Below are positions 12,587 through 25,300 of a stretch of DNA of 64,000 bases, piece by piece. Below the pieces are notes generated by a model that ran no database searches, was not told the origin of the DNA, and saw only the letters and a list, made by a program, of their open reading frames with translations. Numbering within the stretch: the stretch's first letter is position 1; the number at the start of each line of letters is the position of its first letter. Position numbers and translations under genes: made by a program. This DNA is from Anaeramoeba ignava BMAN. Its lineage: Eukaryota; Protista; Anaeramoebae. The stretch covers positions 930,001-994,000 of the forward strand of contig JAPDFW010000114.1 of assembly GCA_028826165.1 (NCBI GenBank). The letters are read 5' to 3'.

Positions 12587-15426
12587 ATGATAACTTTTAT
12601 AGAATGGATTCCAAGAGGAGCTCCTCAATCAATTCCTATTCAAAATGAAATGGAAAATCCTATATTTCCTCAAGAATTTTCTAAAATGGATTTAAAACTA
12701 AATGAAAATTTAAATGAAAATGAAAATGAAAATTTAAATGAAAATTTAAATGAAAATGAAAATGAAAATGAAATTGAAATAAATGAAAATGAAATTGAAA
12801 ATTTAAATGAAAATGAAATAAATGAAATTGAAATAAATGAAAATGATGATGATGATGACGATGATGGAATTCTTAATCAATTTGCTACTAGAATTGGTGA
12901 TTTAATGTATTATAACAATCCTCAAGATGATCCAAATTTAGTTCAAGTATATTATTTTTTTAATTCTAATTTTAATTTTAATTTTAATTTTAATTCTAAT
13001 TCTAATTCTAATTCTAATTCTAATTCTAATTCTAATATTAATTCTAATTTTAATTTTAATTCTAATTCTAATATTAATTCTAATTCTAATTTTAATTTTA
13101 ATTATAATTCTAATTCTAATTTTAATTCTAATTCTAATTTTAATTTTAATTATAATTCTAATTCTAATTTTAATTCTAATTCTAATTTTAATTTTAATTT
13201 TAATTCTAATTTTAATTTTAATTTTAATTTTAATTCTAATTTTAATTTTAATTTTAATTTTAATTTTAATTTTAATTCTAATTCTAATTCTAATTCTAAT
13301 TTTAATTCTAATTCTAATTTTAATTTTAATTCTAATTTTAATTCTAATTCTAATTCTAATTCTAATTCTAATTCTAATTCTAATTTTAATTTTAATTTCA
13401 ATTCTAATTTTTAATTTTAAATTCAATTTTAATTTTAATTTTAATTTTAATTTTAATTTTAATTTTTAATTTTAATTTTAATTTTTAATTTTAATTTTAA
13501 TTTTAATTTTTAATTTTTAATTTTAATTTTAATTTTAATTTCAATTCTAATTTTAATTTTAATTTCAATTCTAATTTTAATTATAATTCTAATTCTAATT
13601 TTAATTTTAATTTTAATTTCAATTCTAATTTTAATTATAATTCTAATTCTAATTCTAATTCTAATTTTAATTTTAATTTTAATTCTAATTCTAATTTTAA
13701 TTTTAATTCTAATTCTAATTCTAATTTTAATTTTAATTTTAATTTTAATTTTAATTTTAATTTTAATTTTAATTTTAATTTTAATTTTAATTTTAATTTT
13801 AATTTTAATTTTAATTTTAATTTTAATTTTAATTTTAATTTTAATTTTAATTCTAATTCTAATTTTAATTTTAATTCTAATTCTAATTTTAATTTTAATT
13901 CTAATTTTAATTCTAATTCTAATTCTAATTCTAATTCTAATTCTAATTTTAATTTTAATTTTAATTCTAATTTTAATTCTAATTCTAATTCTAATTTTAA
14001 TTTTAATTTTAATTTTAACTTGAGAATGATGATGATGATTCTGAAAAAGATGATTTAATTATTAAAAATACAGATCTTCTTGCTATTGCAGCAAAAAGTG
14101 AAGAAGAAATGAGTTCACTTGAAATTTATCTTTATGAAGAAAAACAAGATAATTTTTATGTTCATCATGATATTATTCTTCCAACATTTCCTTTAAGTCT
14201 TGCTTGGTTAAATTCTGCACCAGATAGTTATTTAAAAGAAAGATCAATAGAATCTGGTATTTTGAATCATTTTGAATTTAAAATTAAAATTAAAATTAAA
14301 ATTAAAATTATAATTCATTTTGAAATTAAAATTTGAATTTAAAATTAAAATTAAAATTAAAATTAAAATTAAAATTAAAATTAAAATTCATTTTGAATTT
14401 AAAATTAAAATTAAAATTAAAATTAAAATTAAAATTAAAATTATAATTCATTTAAAATTAAAATTCATTTTAAAATTAAAATTAAAATTCATTTTGAAAT
14501 TCATTTTGAATTTGAATTTAAAATTAGGAAATTTTGTTGCAGTTGGAACATTCGATCCAACAATTGAAATATGGGATTTAGACATATTAGATGCAGAAGC
14601 ACCAATAGCTATGCTAGGAGGATTATCAGAAAAACCACGAAAAAGAAGAGTTAAGAAAAAAACAGGAAGAAATCGAGGAATGAGATTTGAAATTGAACCA
14701 ATTCTAAAATACAAACCAGAAAGCCACACAGATTCAGTTCTCGGATTATCATGGAATAAATTACATCATAATCTTTTATCAAGTGGATCAGCAGATAAAA
14801 CAGTGAAAATTTGGGAAATACCAACACAGCAATGCCTTCACACTTTGTCCCATCATTCCAACAAGGTTCAATCAGTTTCATGGAATCCTAAAAACGATTC
14901 TTTACTTCTCACTGCGGGATATGATTCCGCTGCGTTTATTTGTGATATCAAACAAAATTTAACTAAAAATCAAGGAATCACAAAATTTTCTCTTTCATCC
15001 GAAGTTGAATATTGCGCTTGGAATCCAATCGAATCTGATAAGTTTATTGTTTCTACTGATGATGGTATTGTTCAATATTATGATATTCGAAATCATTCAT
15101 CTCCTATTTTTTCAGCTAATTGTCATAAAAAAGAAACAACAAGTATTTCTTTTTCTTTGATTCCTGGTCTCCTTGTTACTGCTGGCACAGATAAGTCTAT
15201 TAAGATTTGGGATTTGCAGGGAAATCAACTTACTTTTATTTATGCAAAAGAATTTCCTGAAATCGGAAAAATTTTTTCTGTCAAATTTTCAGATGATTCT
15301 CCTTTTGTTGTTTCTTTTGGTGGAAGTCAAGGAAAAGTTTCCTTTTGGGATTTAACAACTTTAAAACAAGTTCAAGACAGATTTATATCAAGAATTCCTC
15401 AAATGAATTCTTCTAAAAAAAAATAG
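12587..15426 (+). CDS. PWP1: Periodic tryptophan protein 1 (WD40); exons ~12587-12946, 14025-14256, 14528-15426
   Basis: MITFIEWIPRG N-terminus, LEIYLYEE..NFYVHHDIILPTFPLSLAWL, GNFVAVGTFDPTIEIWDLD, HTDSVLGLSWN. Confidence 0.92.
12955..14018. repeat. (AATTTT/AATTCT)n microsatellite filling PWP1 intron 1
   Basis: Directly visible; bounded by GT at 12947 and AG at 14023-14024. Confidence 0.9.
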
Positions 15427-15498
15427 AAATTCAAAAAATAAATTTTTAAAAAATAAATTTTTTATTTTTTCATTTTCATTTTCTTTTATTTTCTTAAA

Positions 15499-18400
15499 AT
15501 GCAAACAAATCAAAAACCTCAACAAATTAATTTAGAAAATCAATCAGAAGATAAATTATATACAAAAGAAGAAGTTATGAAACATTGCTCAATAGCTTTT
15601 ATTCAAGGATGGACATCACATAATATTTTTCTTTCAGAACAACAAAACAAACAAAACAAACAAAACAAAAAAAACAAAAACAAAAAAAACAAAAACCAAA
15701 ATCAAAATCAAAATCAAAATCAAAAAAATTCAAATCAAAATCAAAATCAAAAATCAAAATTCAAATCAAAATTCAAGTCAAAATGAAAAATCAAAACAAA
15801 AAAATGATCCAAAAGAAATTTTATTATCATTAGATATTGATGCTATAAAATTATTAGCAAGTGCTTTGACAAGAAAATCAAATGAATATAAATTAGTTTT
15901 AATTGTAAATATGGGTCTTGGAATGAGAACAGGAAAAATAGCTGCTCAATGTGGTCATGCCACTCTTTCAGCTTATAAAAAAGCTCTTAAACTTGATCCA
16001 AATGGTTTGCGTAATTGGGAAAATTCAGGTCAACCAAAAATCACTTTAAAAGCTCCTAATACAGAATATCTTGTTGAATTAGATTCCGTTGCAAGATCTC
16101 TTAATATTCCTTCTGCTAGAATTTATGATGCAGGAAGAACTCAAGTATAAAAGAGATCTTCAAACTTTATTTACAATTAATTTAAAATTGATATAAAATT
16201 AATATAAAATTAATATAAAATTAATATAAAATTAATATAAAATTGATATAAAATTAATATAAAATTGATTTAAAATTAATATAAAATTGATATAAAATTG
16301 ATATAAAATTAATTTAAAATTGATATAAAATTGATATAAAATTAATATAAAATTAATATAAAATTAATATAAAATTGATATAAAATTAATATAAAATTAA
16401 TATAAAATTAATATAAAATTAATATAAAATTAATATAAAATTAATATAAAAATTAATATAAAAATTAATATAAAATTAATATAAAATTAATATAAAAATT
16501 GATTTAAAATTGATATAAAATAGATATAAAATTAATATAAAATTAATATAAAATTGATATAAAATTAATATAAAATTAATATAAAAATTGATTTAAAATT
16601 AATTTAAAATTAATATAAAATTGATATAAAATTGATATAAAATAGATATAAAATTAATATAAAATTAATATAAAATTAATATAAAATTAATATAAAATTG
16701 ATATAAAATTGATATACAATTAATATAAAATTAATATAAAATTGATATACAATTAAATTAAAATTGATATAAAATTGATATAAAATTAATATAAAATTGA
16801 TATAAAAATTGATATAAAATTAATATAAAATTAATATAAAATTGATATAAAATTAATATAAAATTAATATAAAATTAATATAAAATTAATATACAATTAA
16901 TTTAAAATTGATATAAAATTAATATAAAATTAATATAAAATTAATATAAAATTAATATAAAATTAATATAAAATTGATATAAAATTGATTTAAAATTAAT
17001 ATAAAATTGATATAATATTGATTTAAAATTAATATAAAATTAATATAAAATTGATATAAAATTAATATAAAATTAATATAAAAATTAATATGAAATTAAT
17101 ATAAAATTGATTTAAAATTAATATAAAATTAATATAAAATTGATTTAAAATTAATATAAAATTAATATAAAATTGATATAAAATTAATATAAAATTAATA
17201 TAAAATTAATATAAAAATTAATATTAAAATTAATATAAAATTGATATAAAAATTGATATTAAATCAATATAAAATTAATATAAAATTAATATAAAATTGA
17301 TTTAAAATTAATATAAAATTAATATAAAATTGATATAAAAAATTAATATAAAATTAATATAAAATTGATATAAAATTAATATAAAAATTAATATAAAATT
17401 AATATAAAATTGATATAAAATTGATATAAAATTGATATAAAATTGATTTAAAATTAATTTAAAATTGATATAAAATTGATATAAAATTGATATAAAATTA
17501 ATATAAAAATTGATATACAATTAAATTAAAATTTATATAAAATTGATATAAAATTAATATAAAATTAATATAAAATTAATATAAAATTGATATAAAATTA
17601 ATATAAAATTGATATAAAAATAGATTTAAAATTGATATAAAATTGATATAAAATTAATATAAAATTAATATAAAATTAATATAAAATTAATATAAAATTG
17701 ATATAAAATTAATATAAAAATTAATATAAAATTAATATAAAATTAATATAAAATTAAATAAATAAAATTAATATAAAATTAATATAAAAATTAATATAAA
17801 ATTAATATAAAATTAATATAAAATTAATATAAAATTAATATAAAATTAATATAAAATTAATATAAAATTAATATAAAATTAATATAAAATTAATATAAAA
17901 TTAATATAAAATTGATATAAAATTAATTTAAAATTAATATAAAATTGATATAAAATTAATATAAAATTAATATAAAATTAATATAAAATTGATATACAAT
18001 TAAATTAAAATTGATATAAAATTAATATAAAATTAATATAAAATTAATATAAAATTAATATAAAATTAATATAAAATTGATATAAAATTGATTTAAAATT
18101 AATATAAAATTGATATAATATTGATTTAAAAATTAATATAAAATTAATATAAAATTGATATAAAATTAATATAAAATTAATATAAAATTAATATGAAATT
18201 AATATAAAATTAATATAATATTAATATAAAATTAATATAAAATTAATATAAAATTGATATAAAAATTAATATAAAATTAATATAAAATTGATATAAAATT
18301 GATATAAAATTGATATAAAATTAATTTAAAATTAATATAAAATTGATATAAAATTGATTTAAAATTAATATAAAATTAATATAAAATTAATATAAAATTG

Positions 18401-19469
18401 ATATATAATTAATTTAAAATTAATATAAAATTAATTTAAAATTAATATAAAATTGATTTAAAATTAATATAAAATTGATATAAAATTAATATAAAATTAA
18501 TTTAAAATTAATATAAAATTGATTTAAAAATTAATATAAAATTAATATAAAATTGATATAAAATTGATATAAAATTAATATAAAATTGATATAAAATTGA
18601 TATAAAATTAATATAAAATTGATATAAAATAGATTTAAAATTAATATAAAATTGATTTAAAATAGATTTAAAATTAATTTAAAATTAATATAAAATTAAT
18701 ATAAAATTGATATAAAATTAATATAAAAATTAATATAAAATTAATATAAAATTAATATAAAATTAATATAAAATTGATATAAAATAGATTTAAAATTAAT
18801 ATAAAATTGATTTTAAAATAGATTTAAAATTGATATAAAATTGATATAAAATTAATATAAAATTGATATAAAATTAATATAAAATTAATATAAAATAGAT
18901 ATAAAATAGATATAAAATTAATATAAAATTAATATAAAATTAATATAAAATTAATATAAAATTAATATAAAATTAATATAAAATTAATATAAAATTAATA
19001 TAAAATTAATATAAAATTGATATAAAATTAATATAAAATTGATATAAAATTGATATAAAATTAATATAAAATTAATATAAAATTAATATAAAATTAATAT
19101 AAAATTGATATAAAATTAATATAAAATTAATATAAAATTAATATAAAATTGATATAAAATTAATTTAAAATTAATATAAAATTGATATAAAATTGATATA
19201 AAATTGATATAAAATTGATATAAAATTAATATAAAATTAATATAAAATAGATTTAAAATTGATTTGAAATTTAAAATAGATTTAAAAAATTTGATCAATA
19301 AGAATTTTATTAATAGATTAAAATCCCCCAAAAACAAAAACAAAATATTAAAAAAAATTTATCTAAAAAAATAAAAAAGGTTGAATCAGGTTCTTTCACA
19401 TGTCTTGCAATAGGACCAGCTTTAGGGGAGTTGATCGATCAAATTACTGGAAATTTAAAATTACTTTAA
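15499..19469 (+). CDS. PTH2: Peptidyl-tRNA hydrolase 2 with N-terminal extension; 3.2-kb intron 16145-19379; frame break near 15750
   Basis: YKLVLIVNMGLGMRTGKIAAQCGHA..GQPKITLK..DAGRTQ joins in frame to VESGSFTCLAIGP..IDQITGNLKLL* at 19380-19469. Confidence 0.9.
16175..19262. repeat. 11-bp minisatellite (AAAATTAATAT/AAAATTGATAT)n, about 3.1 kb, inside the PTH2 intron
   Basis: Directly visible tandem array. Confidence 0.95.
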
Positions 19470-19703
19470 TAGAAAAAATAGAAAAAAAAAAAGCAAAAAA
19501 AAAAACAAACAAATCACCATTATTCTCAATTTAAAAAATAAATAAAAATAAATAAAAATAAATAAAAATTAAACTTGGAATTGATGAGTAATTAAAAAGC
19601 AAAATTTAAAAGAAAAAAAAATTTTTCAATTTTTCATTTTTCATTTTTCATTTTTCATTTTCTTTTTAAAAATCCAAAAAATTTAATTTAGAAAATTAAT
19701 AAA

Positions 19704-20360
19704 ATGTCAGAATTTGATAAAAAAGCAGAAACTTTTACAGATCAAAAACATTTAGAACATGGAAAAAAAGTAGCAAATGGATTAGTAAAAATTATCAATG
19801 AAGAAATTTTAAAGAATAATGAAAAAGTAAATATACTTGATATGGGATGTGGAGTTGGATCAGTAGCAATACCTTTATCATTATTAAATCCAAAATTTAT
19901 AATTGATGGAATTGATCCATCAATTAAAATGATTGAATTTTTTGAAAAAAGAGTTAAAGAAGAAAAAGTTGAACGAGTTTTCCCAACATTTCAAGCAGAA
20001 CCAAAACCAGAAAATAAATATAATATTGGTTATACTTCAAATGTTCTTCATCATATTGAAGATATTTCTGGTTTTCTTAAAAAGATTTATGATTCTTTAC
20101 TTAAAGATGGTCAGATTCTTATTGTTGATTATGAAAAATCTCCAATATCCCATTTATTTCATACTAATCCTGATAGTTCTCTTGTTCATCCTAGTGGTTT
20201 TTCTAAAGAAGAATTGCAAAAATTTCTTGTTGATGCTAATTTTAAAGATGTTAAAGTTTTGGATTTTGGTTCAATTCAAAGAAAAATTGTTGATGAAAAC
20301 AAGAATGAATCTTTGGAAACTTTCAATTTTTTAGTTGCAACTGGTTTTAAACATGATTAA
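19704..20360 (+). CDS. Class I SAM-dependent methyltransferase, tandem copy 1
   Basis: ILDMGCGVG motif I, GIDPSIKMIE, NVLHHIEDI. Confidence 0.9.
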   Translation: MSEFDKKAETFTDQKHLEHGKKVANGLVKIINEEILKNNEKVNILDMGCGVGSVAIPLSLLNPKFIIDGIDPSIKMIEFFEKRVKEEKVERVFPTFQAEPKPENKYNIGYTSNVLHHIEDISGFLKKIYDSLLKDGQILIVDYEKSPISHLFHTNPDSSLVHPSGFSKEELQKFLVDANFKDVKVLDFGSIQRKIVDENKNESLETFNFLVATGFKHD

Positions 20361-20589
20361 TAAGGAAAAACAAAATATTTTTCTTTTCATTCCTTTTCAA
20401 TTTACATTTTAAAACAAAATCAATTCAAATCAATAAAAGAAATTTCTTTTCTTTTTTAATTTAATTTTTTGATTTGATGAGTAATCAAAAAAAAGCAAAA
20501 TTTAAATAAGCAAAAAAAATTATTTTTCTTTTTAAAATTCATTTTTTTCTTTTTAAAAATCCAAAAATTTAATTTAGAAAATTAATAAA

Positions 20590-21246
20590 ATGTCAGAATT
20601 CGATCAACACGCACAAAAATTTATGAATCCAGGATATTTAGCACAAGGAAAAACAATTGCAACTAGATTATTTCCATTTATTAATGAAGAAATTTTAAAG
20701 AATAATGAAAAAGTAAATATACTTGATATGGGATGTGGAGTTGGAGCAGTAGCAATACCTTTATCATTATTAAATCCAAAATTTATAATTGATGGAATTG
20801 ATACATCAATTAAAATGATTGAATATTTTCAACAAAGAGTTGAAGAAGAAAAAGTTGAACGAGTTTTCCCTTCATTTCAAGCAGAACCAAAACCAGAAAA
20901 TAAATATAATATTGCTTATGCTTCAAGTGTTCTTCATCATATTAAAGATATTCCTGGTTTTCTTAAAAAGATTTATGGTTCTTTACTTAAAGATGGTCAG
21001 ATTCTTATTGTTGATTTTGCAAAAAATGAACAATCTCATTTACTTCATTCTACTAAATTCGAATCCCTTCATTATCCTAGTGGTTTTTCTGAAGAAGAAT
21101 TGCAAAAATTTCTTGTTGATGCTAATTTTAAAGATGTTAAAGTTTTGGATTTTGGTAAAATTGAAAAGAAAGTTACTGATGAAAATAAGAATGTGTCTTT
21201 CCGTGATTTTAATTTTTTAGTTGCAACTGGTTTTAAACATGATTAA
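20590..21246 (+). CDS. Class I SAM-dependent methyltransferase, tandem copy 2
   Basis: Same motifs; 218-aa paralogue. Confidence 0.9.
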   Translation: MSEFDQHAQKFMNPGYLAQGKTIATRLFPFINEEILKNNEKVNILDMGCGVGAVAIPLSLLNPKFIIDGIDTSIKMIEYFQQRVEEEKVERVFPSFQAEPKPENKYNIAYASSVLHHIKDIPGFLKKIYGSLLKDGQILIVDFAKNEQSHLLHSTKFESLHYPSGFSEEELQKFLVDANFKDVKVLDFGKIEKKVTDENKNVSFRDFNFLVATGFKHD

Positions 21247-21555
21247 TAAGGAAAAACAAAATATTTTTCTTTTTTCTTTTTCTTTTCTTTTTCTTTTTCT
21301 TTTAAATTAACAAAATCAATTCAAAATCAATAAAAGAATTAATTTTTTAATTTAATTTCTTTTTAAATTTAAGATTTAATAATTTTTATTTAAGACCCCC
21401 TTTTAAAAAAGTTAAGGTGTAATTAAAAAAATTTTGATTTGATGAGTAATCAAAAAAAACAAAATTTAAATAAGCAAAAAAAATTATTTTTGTTTTTAAA
21501 ATTCATTTTTTTCCTTTTTAAAAATCCAATAAATTTAATTTAGAAAATTAATAAA

Positions 21556-22212
21556 ATGGCAGCATTTGATAAAAAGGCAGATAAATTCATAAACAAAGAA
21601 TACGCAGAACAAGGAAAAACAGTAGCAACTAGATTATTTCCATTTATCAATGAAGAAATTTTAAAGAATAATGAAAAAGTAAACATACTTGATATGGGAT
21701 GTGGAGTTGGAGCAGTAACAATACCTTTATCATTATTAAATCCAAAATTTATAATTGATGGAATTGATCCATCAATTAAAATGATTGAATATTTTGAAAA
21801 AAGAGTTAAAGAAGAAAAAGTTGAACGAGTTTTCCCAACATTTCAAGCAGAACCAAAACCAGAAAATAAATATAATATTGCTTATACTACAAATGTTCTT
21901 CGTTATATTCAAGATATTTCTGGTTTTCTTAAACAAATTTATGATTCTTTAGTTAAAGATGGTCAGATTCTTATTGTTGATTATGAAAAATCTGAAAAAA
22001 CTGAGATATTTCATACTAAACGTGATAGTGCTCTTTTTTATCCTACTGGCTTTTCTAAAGAAGAATTGCAAAAACTTCTTATTGATGCTAATTTTAAAGA
22101 TGTTAAAGTTTTGGATTTTGGTATAATTGAAAAAAGATTTACTGATAAAGATAACAAAGTTCTTAATATTCCTTTTGATTTTTTAGTTGCAACTGGTTTT
22201 AAACATGATTAA
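21556..22212 (+). CDS. Class I SAM-dependent methyltransferase, tandem copy 3
   Basis: Same motifs; 218-aa paralogue. Confidence 0.9.
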   Translation: MAAFDKKADKFINKEYAEQGKTVATRLFPFINEEILKNNEKVNILDMGCGVGAVTIPLSLLNPKFIIDGIDPSIKMIEYFEKRVKEEKVERVFPTFQAEPKPENKYNIAYTTNVLRYIQDISGFLKQIYDSLVKDGQILIVDYEKSEKTEIFHTKRDSALFYPTGFSKEELQKLLIDANFKDVKVLDFGIIEKRFTDKDNKVLNIPFDFLVATGFKHD

Positions 22213-22352
22213 TAAGGAAAAACAAAATATTTTTTTTTTCTTTTCTTTTCTTTTAAATTAACAAAATCAAATCAACAAAAAATATTTTTCTTAATTTTTT
22301 TTGAATTTTTTCATTTTTCATTTTTTTTTTACACAAAAAAGAAAAACAGAAA

Positions 22353-25300
22353 ATGAATGCTTTAACTTGTGCAATTTGTTTTGAGAACTATTCAGATCAA
22401 AATAAACCAATGATCACTTGCAAAGAATGTCACACAATTTGTGAAAATTGTTTAAAAGAAAAAGATCAATGTTCTTTTTGTCGAACTTCTTTTGAAAAAT
22501 TTGAACCATTTATAAATCGACCTTTATTACAAATTGTGAACGAACTTCAAAAACCAAAACTTGAGAAAGATGAATCAATTCCTCCTTTGTCAGAACTAGA
22601 AGTTGAACCAAAACCACCTTTTTATTCAATTGGCGTTTTTGATCTTTTTAAAGGCAAATTAAGATCTTATACTGTTGCAATTAAAAAACTTAAAATTGAA
22701 ATTGATGAAAAGCAAAAAAACTATTTTCAAAAAGAAATGAATTTTTCAATCAATTTAAATCATCCTAATTTAGTGAAAAATTTTGGAATAATGGATAATG
22801 ATAGCAAAATGGGAATTGTTATGGAATTTGCTGAACAAGGAAATTTAGCTGAAAATATTGACAGTTTCACTTTTGAAAAAAAGATTGATTTATCATTAAA
22901 ATTAGCTCATTCATTGAATTATTTACATCAAAATTCAATTATTCATGGAAATTTGAAACCTGAAAATATTTTGATTTCAAAAAATCAACCTAAAATTACT
23001 GATTTTTGTATGACAAAACTCCATCAACATATTATGAAGAATATCAATGCAAGTCCAAATTCAATTCGTTATTCTCCTCCAGAAATTATTGAAAAAGGCA
23101 CTTTTTATGATGTTACTTGTGATATTTACAGTTTATCAATGATTTTATATTTCATTTTTACAAAAAAACAACCTTTTGAAGATGATACTTTGTTTATGAT
23201 TCCAACAAAAATTCTTAAAGGGGAAAGACCTGAATTTCCAAATGATTTTCCAAGTGAATTAACTGAAGTTATCACTAAAGGATGGAGTAATAATGTGAAA
23301 GATCGATGTTCTTTGAATGAATTTATTCAATGTTTGGATAAGATCAAAATTGAAACAAGTAATTTTCAATCCAAATCAAAATCCAAATCAAAATCAAAAT
23401 CTAAATCAAAATCAAAATAAAAATCAAAATCAAAATCAAAATCAAAATCAAAATCTAAATCTAAATCAAAATCAAAATCAAAATCAAAATCAAAATCTAA
23501 ATTAAAATCAAAATCAAATCTAAAATCAAAATTAAAATCAAAATCAAAATCAAAATCTAAAATCAAAATCAAAATCAAAATCAAAATCAAAATCAAAATC
23601 AAAATCAAAATCAAAATCAAAATCAAAATCAAAATCAAAATCAAAATCAAAATCAAAATCAAAATCAAAATCAAAATCTAAATTAAAATCAAAATCAAAA
23701 TCAAAATCAAAATCTAAATTAAAATCAAAACTAATTTTAATTTTAATTCAAAATTAATTTTAAAAAGTAGAAAATGAAGTAAATGAGTCATCTAATCAAA
23801 TTACAAATGAACCATTTAATCAAATTACAAATGAATCATTTAATCAAATTAAAAATGAACCATTTAATCAAATTAAAATGAAACCATTTAATCAAATTAA
23901 AAATGAATCATTTAATCAAATTACAAATGAATCATTTAATCAAATTAAAAATGAATCATTTAATCAAATTAAAAATGAACCATTTAATCAAATTACAAAT
24001 GAACCATTTAATCAAATTACAAATGAACCATTTAATCAAATTAAAAATGAACAATCTAATCAAATTAAAAATGAATCAGAAAGTGAAACATCAGAAAGTG
24101 AAACATTAGAAAGTGAAACAGCAGAATCTTCATCTGATTGGGAAAACAAACCACAAGATTATTTAATACAAAATTTTGAAACTATTATTGATGTAAATAT
24201 TTAAATATTTTATATTTAATATTTAATAATAAATATTCAATATTCAATTTAAAAGGAAAAGGAAAAAGAAAAGGAAAAAGAAAAACAAGAAAAAATTAAA
24301 ATTGAAAAAGAACTTCAAAAAAAAATTAAAAAAGAAAAAATTAAAAAAGAAAAAGAATTAAAAAAAAAACAAGAAAAAGAAAGACAAGAAAAACTTCAAA
24401 AGGAGAAAGAAAAACAGGAAAAAGAAAAACAAGAACTTAATGAATTCTTAAATAAAGCAAAAGATTATTTTCATAAATTTCATCAATCAATTCAAGAAAA
24501 TCAGAAAGGTAATTTAAAAAAAAAAAAGATTTTTTTTTGGAATAAATTTAAATTGAAAAAAAATAAATGTTCTTTTTATCAATATTTTGTTTCCAAAAAA
24601 AAAACAACAACAAGAATTGATGGAAATTGATATATCCTTAATTACTCAATTTATCAAAAAATTCCCAACAAATGAATTTATTCAAGAAAATTGTTGTTTT
24701 ATTTTAAGAAAACTTAGTGAAGCAGAAAAGAGTAAATTTAATCTCAATTTTAAATTATTATCTCTTATTTATTAAAATTCCTTTTCTTTTTCTTTTTAAA
24801 ATAAATATAGAAAAAGAATTAATGGGAATTGATATCTCTTTAATTTTTGAAATTATGAAAAATTTACCAACAAATGAATTTATTCAAGAAAATTATTGTT
24901 TTATTTTAAGAAACATTACTGAAACAGAAAAGAGTAAATTTAATCTCAATTTTAAATTATTATCTCTTATTTATTAAAATTCCTTTTTTTTACATTTTAA
25001 AATAAATAATTATAGAAATTTCATTTAATATTCCAGATTTAAATGGATTTTATTTAATTATGAAAGCAATGAATAATTTCCCAAATAACAAATTTATTCA
25101 TCTTCAATCTTTTTTAATTTTTATTAATATTGGAAACGAAAATGGTAAAATTAAAATTAAATCTAAATTCTGAAAATTTTGGAATTCTTCTTCTTATTCA
25201 AAAAAAAAAAAAAAAAAGAAAACAAAAAACAAATTGAAGAAAATTTTGGATTGGCTACAATAATTTCAACAATGGTTAATTTTTCAGAAGATAAAGAAAT

